Below, piece by piece: positions 53,461 through 64,000 of a DNA stretch of 64,000 nt. Within the stretch, counting starts at the first letter, position 1. Each line of letters begins with the position of its first letter. The DNA comes from Puccinia triticina (Eukaryota). The stretch lies in contig CP110440.1 of assembly GCA_026914245.1 (NCBI GenBank), positions 4,092,001 through 4,156,000 of the forward strand. The letters are read 5' to 3'. The position numbers and the translations under genes were made by a program. The notes beneath the pieces are model-generated. The model did not search any database and was not told the DNA's origin. It saw only the letters and a program-made list of their open reading frames with translations.

Positions 53461-54430
53461 ATGTCGACAATCCCTTACAAGGCTAAGCAGGTCCAGCTGT
53501 TCGGTGGGGCAATCACTATCGATCTTCCGCCCAAAATTATTGACGTCAGGTACCGTCCAACTCCCAGCTGAAAACCCTTTTGACACGAAGCTTAACCTCA
53601 CTAATGCTCTGGTTGCTTGCATGGCAAATAAAAGCACATTCCGACAAGTTCCAGATAGTCAAGAAGTCTTCATAAGCACGTCGAGTAGAGATAGCTCCGA
53701 TGAACAGCTGCATCAAGGAGCAAGGACGACGGAGGATGAGTTAACGAAAGATCTTTCGATGATTATCGAAGTACTTGAGCTCGTTGATCTGAGGAACGAT
53801 CCCGAGTATCTCCAACAGAACCACCCCGATGATGATGACAATGATTGCGATAACCACCCCAAATCAATCATCAAGTAGGTCTTGCTTCTCTTCCGTAACG
53901 AGTAATTTGCTCCTCAGATTTTTGTGCGTGGGGATGGGTCGCTCTCAAAAAAAAACTGATAATGAATCCTGCGGGATGGGTGTGTACCCACTAGGTACCA
54001 TTTTGATTCATTGGCCCATGACAATTCGTCCAAACTGGCGACAATCAAATCGATTACGATGCCGAAAGACAGGAGACAGTTTACGGAGCCACCGGCGACA
54101 GTAGCCGCGCAGGCAAACGATCCACCATCAGATGATGAGAGCGGAATGAAGACGAGAAGGACGCCCGAGCCAGTGAAATGTTATGGTCTCCAATCAGTCG
54201 CCAAGTTCAATGAGGCCGAGTCCCACGACGTACATATCTGGCTTGCATTGTGGCGGTTGAATGGAATCGGTAATCAGGGCCGCGGCACCGACCTCGTCCT
54301 CACCTTCAATCTTCCTCACCTATCTTCTGCTGATCCGGTCCACTTTCAGCAGTCTGTTGAATTTACCGATCAAATCTTTCAGCAAGCCGCACGCAGTTTA
54401 CACATTGCAGATTGGTCTCTTTTTGCTTAG
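53461..54430 (+). CDS. MOG1: Ran guanine nucleotide release factor Mog1, 3 exons
   Basis: Motifs LFGGAITIDLP..IDVS|TFRQVPDSQEVF, SMIIEVLE, YHFDSLAHDN, QSVAKFNE, TDLVLTFN, SLHIADWSLFA*. Confidence 0.9.
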
Positions 54431-54615
54431 CACACATATACCTCCCTCTTCACCCTTTCAAAAAAGCAACAACAATAGGTAGGACCACGTATTCACTTTA
54501 TCATTCCATCCATCCCCTGTAAACCTATTGTTCCTCATAATTTTCAATCTGTTGTCCTCGTTCAAGAATGATTAGTCAATTTTTATTTCAACTCCTAATG
54601 ACAAACTCTCATTTT

Positions 54616-56920
54616 TCAGGTACTTTCATTATCTTCCGTAACAGGCAAGGCCAAGCAAAATGTAGCTTTATCTGAAATCAACATGATGTCACCAGTTGGG
54701 TTCCAGTGAATTGAGACGGCATTAAAAGGAATACCTGCGCAATGAAAAGCGTGATTTTTGTTTGGTCAACAAATGTTCACAAGTTGGGTATTGGGAGAAA
54801 GAGATGCGAACCTGCAGGGACACCGATCCCTTCACAATAATCAGCAGGCTGAGGTGTCTCAGCTGACGAAGAAGAAAGGCCGGGGTGGCGAGGGAACCAG
54901 GAATAAACGGCGGAGGTAGCGCAGACGAGGACAAGCTGAGTGAGGGTGGGATGCCATTGAAGACATCTGACTGGGCTCGAGAAGTGGAGGATGCTGCTCA
55001 GTCGAGGGCGCAGAGGAACCATGGACTGGAGCTGGATCGAATCTGGATGCGCGTTTTGAGACGATGAATTACTCCCGCGGAAAGAGAATATGAACACCGC
55101 CGTCGGCATCGCGTCTAAGATGACCAACATCATCAGCCCATTCTGAATTTAAGATAGTGTGAATCGAAGCACATTCACGTACCGTTGCGGACAGCCATGT
55201 AGTCTCCCTTAGGGCTCCATTCAATCTCCTTGATTCCCATGGTTGGATTAGGTTTGCTATAGTCGGGTTTCAAAGGACTTGGAAGGACAGAAATCGACTC
55301 GACTTCGACTGGGTCATTTTAAGTCAACCCGCGATCGGGCCGGAAGAAAGTATTCATGACAGTTAGTTCCGAGCACCTTCAGAGCCACGATGTTCCCATT
55401 CTTACATGGAATGATCCCGTGGCCTCTTGTTCGCCCGATCCATTCCCGAGGCTCATCAAGAACTCGCTGTATTACAGAAGAAAAGCCACCCTCAGCCGAT
55501 TCAGATCAAAGAATACTTGGAAAATTAAGTCAGGTGGAGATGACGAGGAGTTTATAACTGACTTCCGCGTTGGAGATCTCACTCAAATCAATTTCGCAGA
55601 TCGATGTCCAAGTCAAGTCGTTCAAGATGCGTACCTGTGAACGGGTGTGGTTGATGGGGTATAGTCAGTAAAGGCCACGCAAGGGTTTTGGGGGAAAGAT
55701 AAGGTTTAAAACTTGCTTTACTATCCCACCCACCCACGGCAAGGTATTCTCCTCCTGGTCTCCACTTGATGTGACGGATGCCCAAGCCGACATGAGCACT
55801 TGTATCAGTCTCTTGGTCTGGATGATTGGTGCTAGATGAGACTTTCCGCTTATGGGGCGGGACGGATGGAAGGGAGTCAGAATGGCTACGATGGAGTGTT
55901 TGGGGTGGGTGATGAGTGCGATGATCGGTGGACGAAGGATTGATTTGGGTGAGGATCTGTTTGGAGGGCTGTGGGACGAAGGCACCGAGTTTAGATCCGG
56001 TTGGTGACCACAGCTCGACCCGATAATCGAGCAGGGCTGATTCGACGATAGCCAGATATCGACCACATGGGCTCCAGTGGAGATGGGTTGGATCGACCAG
56101 TTCGGCAGAGAGCTGGAATAAACTGGCACATGTCCAAGTAAGCGTGTCGTATATGCTGACGTGGTCGTGGAAATTTCCTGGTTGTCGACAGATTAGAGCA
56201 AAGTACCGTCCAGTGGGTGAGAGAGCAGATCCGATGTGGGGGCCATGTTTGGGGTGGTGCAATTGGACCGGCTTAGGTTGGGAGTTGGACAGAGGCCAGA
56301 TGGTGACCCTGAGCTGGAAGAAGGGAAATACTAATGAGTCTCTGAGGAGGATGAAGATCTCAGTTGAGAAGGATACTGACGTTCCAATCACTCCAGACCA
56401 TCAAGCTGTTCCCACTCGGGCTCCATCTGACCGCCTTGTCACCACTCGCGACGCCCTCGGCCCCGATTTTAATCTGAGCAGCGAGCTGATCGGCTTCAAT
56501 CGAGTAGATGAAAACCACCGATGTCGTGGACTGGCGCAGGAGTGCACATACGTACTGAGAGTTGGGCGAGAAGGAGATGGATGTGAGCAGCGGTGGGCGT
56601 CGGTCATCCTGGAGGGTGCCCGAGTCGGGCTTGTTGGACGCGTTTCCCAGGTAAGGGATCGTCGGCTGGACGGAACGCGTTGAGGACTTGACGGCCTGCT
56701 TGTCGGTGGTCGAGCCGGAGGAGGATGAGAGCAGCCTGTTCGTCTTCGGCTCCGGGTTCGCCGGATGGTCCTGCTCAGATCTCCAGCTCCGGATGACTTC
56801 CATCGATTGGCTGAGTCGGACCACCAACCGATCGCCCACCGAGGTCAAGACATAGTCGCCATTGGGCGAGACCGTCGAGGACGAGGAAGAGCTGTGCGGG
56901 AAGAGCGGGGTGAAGTCCAT
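54616..56920 (-). CDS. WDR8/WRAP73-like WD40 protein, multi-exon
   Basis: MDFTPLF..SPNG start, WSDWN|LRVTIW, HWSPCGRYLA, GLGIRHIKWRPGGEYLAVGGWDSK|VRILN, CLQWHP, terminal HWNPTGDIMLISDKATFCLA. Confidence 0.8.
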
Positions 56921-58367
56921 CGGGGGGGTGTGGTTGCTGGCTGGAGTTGGGCAGCGTTTCGCGTCTCCTTCCCCTGGGAGTCGGCTGGGTCGATCCCGGC
57001 GACCTCAGCCGGAGAACGACTCCATAAGACCGATGCCGTGCTACCAAATGACAAGAGTTAAGCCACTGATCAAACGACATCAATTTACATCTCTGCTTGG
57101 TAGCTGATATCTCGAAGGAAGCAAACCGAGTGTCTCCAAAGAAATGCTAAACCTTCTCAAAACTCAGAAACAAAACACTTTCATGAATCATCATCGGAGA
57201 AACCTCTTCAACTACACCTTTCCAAGTCGCCAACAGAGGGAAACATCAGAAATGGATGTCACTACTGGATATTCTTCCCTGGTTTTCCAAGGCATTTGGA
57301 CTGTCAGAGAGAAAGGAAGATGCGGAAACAGATTCTGAGACCACTCCTGCTTCAGTTGCTGAGAGAAATACCAGCATGATCTACACTCTAAGCTGCTGGA
57401 GGCCTATTTTAATTTGTATGGCCTAAATTTTTTTAAATAAATCACAAACAAACAATAAGGTATCAATTTCTTGAGCTACTTGGCAACACCAATTCTCTTG
57501 CTAATAAAGCAAATTTTGATAGTTGTATGTACTCGCTTGAGTCACTGCAGAAATTAACTGCTTGGACAAGGCTGTCTGACCAGTTGTCAGACAGACAGAC
57601 CTTGTTCTACAACTTGCTTAGCCCGGCGGACAAACCTGTCCGAGATTGTACCGGCCTGCCGAGGACTTCCTCGGGGCAAGGTGAGCCCCGCACGTGGAAG
57701 CAAATTCACTCCGGTCGAGTGTCCCAAGGTTTGCCCATTGGCCAACCAGGGCATCGGGAAGGCTAATCATGAAAGCATGTGTCTCCGCTACCTTAGCTGG
57801 GCTCTATGAATCGACAGTATGCAGCGTGATCGAGGATGACGCTTGAGCAAACTGCCAATCGCTTCATGGGGTATCTTCAGGCTTCGCAGTCTCCTCTGAA
57901 TGGTCTGGTTCGACGATGGTGTTCGGGGAGGACGGCGTCAACAGACAGCCGCTCGCCGCGCAACCGCGGGTGATTGCTCGTGGCTTGGTCATGAGCGTCG
58001 GCTGGCCCAGGCCTCGACGAGAAGAACAGGGCGGCCGACTGAAGATTGCTGTGATAGATTAAGGGCCATTGTGCGTCAACCCGTTTTGGATGCTCTCGGC
58101 AGTTGGAGGCGAGTGACGTCATTGGCTTTTTCATCCTTCGATCACGCCTCATTTGGGTGATCTTAATCAGCCAGACCTCTGCTTGGACCCGCTTCTCTGG
58201 CGGAACTCTGATGGTCAGGAGAGCTCCATCCTGCACTCCCCGAAGGTATTTAAAGCACTTCCCTCTTCCTCCTCACCGCGATCACCCCCCGTCACCCATA
58301 CAGTCAACCAGCTAGATAGTAAATTAGTAAACACATTCAATCAACCTCTCATCCAAGTCACGACAAG

Positions 58368-58788
58368 ATGGCAAACCCAGGCAACGTTGCAGGTGGTCTC
58401 AAGGCAACCATTAACAACCCTGTAAGGGTCATGTTCCCCCTCGAAGTCTAATACCTGTCCCTGCTCATACCGGGTCGCTCTCGCTGACCTTCTCTTCCGC
58501 ATCATACGTTGGGGCTCCATAGAACGTCTCGGACCAAGCCAAAGCCCACGCCGAGCACAGATTAGAGACCGAGGAATTCCCTTCCGTCACCGAGGAAGCC
58601 AACCAATCCAAAAACCCCAACAACGTTATCGGCGGGATCAAAGCTGCCATCAATGTTCGTCATCTGTATCCCTCACACAAATCCGTGCAGATATTAACTT
58701 CTGCTTTTTGGTTAATTCTCTTGCGCAGAACCCGAACGTTTCTGAAGCAAAAAAAGATGAGCTTCGCTCCAAGCTCGATGACGCCTAA
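58368..58788 (+). CDS. Conidiation protein 6 (Con-6) family, 3 exons, about 81 aa
   Basis: Spliced: MANPGNVAGGLKATINNP|NVSDQAKAHAEHRL...KNPNNVIGGIKAAIN|NPNVSEAKKDELRSKLDDA*. Confidence 0.88.
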
Positions 58789-59391
58789 AAAATTCGACTG
58801 TTGTTCTGTCATTATATGCCCCTTATCAATCAACAAGGATGTGTAGCATGTATTGTTGTCTCCACACGCGCGCGTATGATAGCTTATGTGCATCAATGAC
58901 TCAGCAGTAAATTTCGCGCCAACGAAGTCACCACTTTCTTACAATGAGTGTGATTGTGCACGATGTTATTGTTTGTGAAGCTTTTTCAAGATCGTCTGTA
59001 TAAGTTTACGTCGAGGTGTCTTATGTAAACATCGTGTATCTGAATAAGTCGCCCCCAACAAGAGTATCTGAGCGTGCCCACTTCCTGTGATCCGAAAAGG
59101 TATACTGCCTTGTACATGGCGCGCTTGTGACTGAAACAATTGCCACATGAAGTTGTGGTCGAGCATTTGAAAGTTAAACTATTCTTCGGTGGCATTGATA
59201 AGTAAGATGCAAGCTGTTGTTACACAAGTACCCTGTTCCATCCCAGTTGACAGTTGTAGTCTCGAGTCTAATTAATTTGGGTACCAACGATGGAGGCAAG
59301 CCGTTCCAGATGGTTTGAGGGATGACAATCAGGATTTAGTTTACGATTTGTCAAATTACAAGGTCAAGATCGAACTCATTCAAATTACATG

Positions 59392-59503
59392 CACCAGGAA
59401 AAAACAATGATCACTGGTCTGCAAGTGACATAATAAAGTACAAAGGCCCCTTTGTACTTTGCTATGTCACTTGGCGACAAGTGATAATTGTTTTTTCCTG
59501 GTG
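59392..59503. mobile_element. 112-bp palindromic CACTA-like mini-element
   Basis: TIRs CACCAGGAAAAAACAAT / ATTGTTTTTTCCTGGTG; 3-bp TSD ATG; same termini as 22179-24391. Confidence 0.85.
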
Positions 59504-59549
59504 ATGCTGCTTTTCTTTATACTACAATCTTGTCGAAGGGCCAAAACTT

Positions 59550-60443
59550 TCAACTGAGATCATCAGGATCTAACGGAAGGATAGGGAACTTGTCTTGCCC
59601 CCATCTGATCCAGCCAGCAGAGCCTAGATCGATGGAATCTTGCAGTGAATCGGAGAGGATCGAGCTCGAAAGTAGAGAATAACAGCCATGGTTTTTCGCT
59701 GATGGGGACGGATGGAAGAGCCATCCAGTCGAGCGATCATACTTCAATCGACTCGGCTCAAAGGATTTCTTCAATGAACCCCCATACATCAATTCATCTG
59801 ATGTCATTAGGAAAAAGGAACAATCAATAATTCAGAAAGAGTTTGGCTATGTTGTAAGGAGTAATGAACGGAATGTACTACTGACTGGTTGAGATATCCA
59901 ATGTCTTATACACAATCGGAGTACTAGACGACCGTATATAATTAATCTCTCCTTGGCATTTACTGACCCACCGATAGCCTTGTTTAAAGTTCTCTTGATT
60001 TAAGTGAAGCTCTCCTGGATCGATTTGATGAGACTGATCATCGGATTCGATACCTTGGTTGATCTTCCTTAACTTCTTGAATAAGATGTTCAGAAAATTC
60101 ACATCTCCTGGAATAGAAATCCTTGCACGGTGACGTATAGCGTTGGGGTTATGTTGTTGGATGGGCATCGATTGAGAGATGAATGGATGGTTCGGGGACA
60201 GAGGTTGACGTCATCGATCACAATAGTCGCAAAGTCAACAACAACGAAATCCGGAGAGCCGTCCATCAATCCTCAGAATATGGACATATAGAGAGATGCT
60301 CAACTGTAACAATTCGTGAAGTTTCGTGAGCGGACTTCGGATAGATAAACGCGACCATGGAGGTCGACATCGTAGTTATATGATCGTATACGTTGTCCAC
60401 TCGACTCCGTTATCGACCGCAATCTGAAGGCCGATCTCCACAT
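59550..60443 (-). CDS. C8orf82/UPF0598-like protein, 3 exons, possibly mitochondrial
   Basis: Motifs RSYNYDVDLHGRVYL..RNFTNCY, FLNILFKKLR, CQGEINYIRSSSTPIVY, FEPSRL..TGWLFHPSP. Arg-rich N-terminus. Confidence 0.75.
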
Positions 60444-60879
60444 TTTGTTCAGGCTCGTCCAACGATATTCTGATCCTGGTGGTTCAATCGCTCTGTCCGT
60501 GGTTGTGTGGTGTACATAATCAGCCCTCGCTGAATGAAACTTTGGGGAAACAAAAAATGCACAAGATCGCACCTGAGTAATACCAATTGCCCTACCCCGA
60601 ACGATGTCGCCCGCACGCTCGGGGGACAGCCTTCGAGGGTGGCCTCCGCCAAAATAACAACATGCCGAAAATGCCGAAATTGCGCCCGCCCTGCCAACCT
60701 CGCGCAACTCCAAGTTCGGATTTAGACAAAGTCATCATTCATGATACCTTTCCCCTCTATGTAATCACCCTCTCCAGCTTTTAGGTTAGGCTCAGGGTTA
60801 GGTCCTGGGTTAAGCTTAGGGGCCTAGAGGGGATATGAAAAAACTCTACATTGTTGTATCCAGTCAATCAAAAGTCCTT

Positions 60880-61631
60880 CGGATTTTCTGGCTGATCAGG
60901 GTGGGGATTTCCCATCCCGCTGCAGAAGCGTGCTGGACAAAGGAGTGGGTGTAGTCCACCACGGACCCAGTCTGCTTCAGCGCTTGGAGGGCTTGTTCCG
61001 CCTTTGTCTTCTTTTACGGGTCAAAAAACATGGCCCGGAAGGACGCCGTGAACTCTGCGTAGGTCAGGGTGGGCGGGTCCGCTGCCGCCTGGTTGAGGAA
61101 CAGGGCGGCCCATACACCTGCAGTTCCGGTCATGTATGAGGACACAAATAGGATTTGTGTTGAGTTGGTCGGAAGGTTTTGGAGGCGGAGCAATCTGGTT
61201 CTTGTTGGTCTGTTAGGTTCTTAGTCTTCATCTCCGTGAAGTAGATCCTGCAATATGTTATGGTCTGTTCTATGGAGAGGAAGATAGAGTCTGGGGTCTG
61301 GGGTTCTGGGGGTTCTGGATTGAAGATGGTAGATTGCAGGATGAGGAAGAGGCTTGGATCACCAGCCTCTTGAAACTTGAGTATGGTTCATGACATGTAC
61401 GTGTAGTCTATGTACATGTGAATCTGCGCTGCAGAGCCGGCGCTACAGCTCATAACACATGTATAGGGTAGCCCTTATGCTTATATGCTCATGTACATAT
61501 GCTTGTAACATGATAAGCGTCACAGAAACCCAAAAGGGCCGTAATCACGCCATACTATGTAGATGTGACACCATCTGAGTCCCATGACCGCCTAGAATGT
61601 TCCATTACATATGTAATGATGTAATAAGACA
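60880..61631 (-). mobile_element. Truncated Ty3/gypsy element: LTR-like segment (about 61391-61631) plus gag fragment
   Basis: Minus frame reads SYMTGTAGVWA...FRAMFFDP*KKTKAEQALQALKQTGSVVDYTHSF..AGWE (retrotransposon gag). A TG...CA bounded segment lies upstream. Confidence 0.7.
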
Positions 61632-61786
61632 TTCTTTACACACTAAGATAAGAAGTACAGACCAATTGGTACATGTTATTTCATAGTGTAAACCAATGCA
61701 GAAAAATTGGCCACACTTGACAGCCTACATGTCCCAAACAGTAATGGCCATTACATAACCTATAAATTATTCTGAAACAATTAACA

Positions 61787-62132
61787 TCGCCAAGAGGAAT
61801 GCATCCCTCCCGGCAAGCTGGACTTTGACCAGCTTGGCAAGAGAAATCTACACCTCTTGGTGAGAAATCCATCTTGCCAAGGGGTGTGTCTCTTGGCGAG
61901 CTGGTCAAAGTCCAGCTCGCCAAGGGGTGTGTCTCTTGGAGAGCTGGTCAAAGTCCAGCTCGCCAAGAGGAATACACACCTCTGGGCAAGCTGAATTTTT
62001 ACACCAGCTCACCAAGGGTGTTCTTCCCAGTGAGCTGGTCAAAGCCCAGTCAGCCAAGAGGTGTGTATTCATCTAGGCAAGCTGGACTTGACCAGCTTGC
62101 CAAGAGACATACCTCTTGGCAAGCTGGACTTT
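61787..62132. repeat. Hairpin array (arm CCAGCTCGCCAAGAG / CTCTTGGCGAGCTGG)
   Basis: Alternating inverted arms with short asymmetric spacers, ~43-bp period. Confidence 0.8.
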
Positions 62133-62537
62133 GGGGAATTGGTTTCCCCAGTACCGTACGCCAAGTATGTGAAAAAAAGGCACAAAGTACCGCCAGTACC
62201 CGCCCCAAGTACCGCTGGTACACGCCAGGCGGTGCCGGGTGCAGTACTTGGTCCCTGCTTTGGGAAAAAAACGTACCCGGCACCCGGGTGCCAACCGTAC
62301 CCAGGTCCAAATTGTTATTCTCTAGTCTACTCTGTGCCATGTGAATCCTAGCCATCCTACACCTCCAATCTGCCAAATTCCAGTTCCAACTGTCTGCTCT
62401 GCTGTGTAGAGATTGACAAGTGGACCCAGGTACCCGCAGTGTTTTTTGTGATATTCAGACACCCGTGCCTGTACACAGCAACCGTGGTAATTTTTGCGGG
62501 TACTGCGGGTACTTGTGATTTTTTTTATCCAAAGCCC

Positions 62538-62870
62538 CCTCTCAATGATGGTAACAGACTGTTTCCCGGTCATTGAGAGGGTTGTTTCCTCCCGATGACC
62601 AGGATTTGTATTCCTTCTCAATGACCGTGGTCTGTCCCAGTCTTCAAGAGGGTTGATTCCTCCTGATGACAAGGACCTTCCCCGGTCATTGAGAGGGTTG
62701 TTTCCTCCCGATGAACAGGATCTGTATTCCTTCTTAATGACTGTGGTCTTTCCCGGTTGTTGAGAGGTTTGATTCCTCCCAATGACCAGGACCTGTCGTG
62801 GTCATTGAGAGGGCTGATTCCCCTTGATGACCAGGATCTGTCCTGATCATCAAGAGGAATCAACCCCCTT
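62538..62870. repeat. Hairpin array (arm CTCTCAATGACC / GGTCATTGAGAG)
   Basis: Alternating inverted arms; a higher-order unit is repeated at about 62565 and 62680. Confidence 0.75.
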
Positions 62871-64000
62871 GGTGGCCCACCACATGCTGGCAGGTACCCG
62901 CGTGCGGGCCCCGGGTACCTGCCCACATGGCACAGGTCCACTTGGCAATCTCTACTTCTGTGTGATACAGCTCCCAGCCCCCAATCTGTGCTTCCCATGT
63001 TCACCCAAGTGTTCCCCCATTTCCAGTTCACTCTGCATGCTTTTTTAAGCAAATTTCAAGCTCCATGCTGCAATTTTTGCTTTAGTGCATGTGCATTCCC
63101 CAAATACTCAAGCACTGAAACCCGCAATGAGCTCAGCCATGTGTGAATTTATGTCTGCACTAACACTGTTAGACATCTTGCTAACATGTGCCCATATGAA
63201 CCACCACAGCATCCAAATGGGAACTTAGATATTTTGCAAAGGTTTGAAATTGCAAGAATATAACCTAGATGGGCAATATATATGCTTGTAAACAATAAGG
63301 GCTTATCATATATGGTTTGGAGATCAAAACCTGCAGGGGAGCAGATAGCATCATATGACACTAGATCGGGACCAGAAATAAAGAATTAAGAAAAAAAAAT
63401 CATCTTGGCTATTTGAAATTGAAATAAGCTATGGTCTTCACATTTCCCAGCTTTGAAGATTCTAGGTGTCCACTGATACAATAATAGAAAGGGAAGAATT
63501 GAAATTGAGAAAGAAATGAAGCTCCTCTGCCTTGACCAATGAAAAATGTGTGGCAGAATAAATCAATTCAAAATAGGGGAGGCAAGTAAAACAATCATAT
63601 GAAGGTTACTAGCAGTTGAGGACCCATGCTGTTTTCTTATTACTGCTTGGCATCCTTTTTTCATTTGGCTGTTACATAGATTACTATTAGAGTGAATGAC
63701 AAAACAAGGATAATTGGTTTTGTGTAAATCTAGTTAGCTACCGCAATTCATTAATTTTTTACAGGGATAAGGGTCTATGGAAAGTTTGGAGAGGACATAC
63801 TATCATCATAAATGGACCGCCGAGCTACAGGCGATGAAATTGGTTGATGATTGGCGGCAGTGGTAATTGTTGAAATCCTGCCCAATGCGGAAAACTTGTT
63901 AGACACATGAGGGAAAAATTCTTAAATTTTTAATGATTCCTACCAACCTATAAAATCCTGGTTCCAGTCCGTCCTGTTATGGAATCAATCAAATATTAGG

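Overview
Eukaryotic, intron-rich fungal DNA, most likely a rust fungus (Pucciniales, Puccinia-like). That is inferred from short introns, rust-type secreted gene families and TCG>TTG hypermutation in repeats. Conserved genes: Cdh1/Fizzy-related (partial), pyruvate dehydrogenase kinase, GH81 glucanase, two Con-6 paralogs, ERG6, UTP7, Ego1/LAMTOR1-like, a class I cyclic-nucleotide phosphodiesterase (PDE), MOG1, WDR8/WRAP73 and a C8orf82-like gene. They are interleaved with a young but inactivated Ty1/copia element, a solo LTR, a gypsy remnant, many nested non-autonomous DNA transposons and hairpin arrays. The most striking observation is a predicted in-frame chimera at 45259-47235. There, the signal-peptide/KR exon of a secreted-protein family, whose degenerate paralog lies at 39930, splices onto a complete PDE catalytic domain, giving a candidate secreted PDE. 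Exon structures were deduced by eye and need RNA confirmation.
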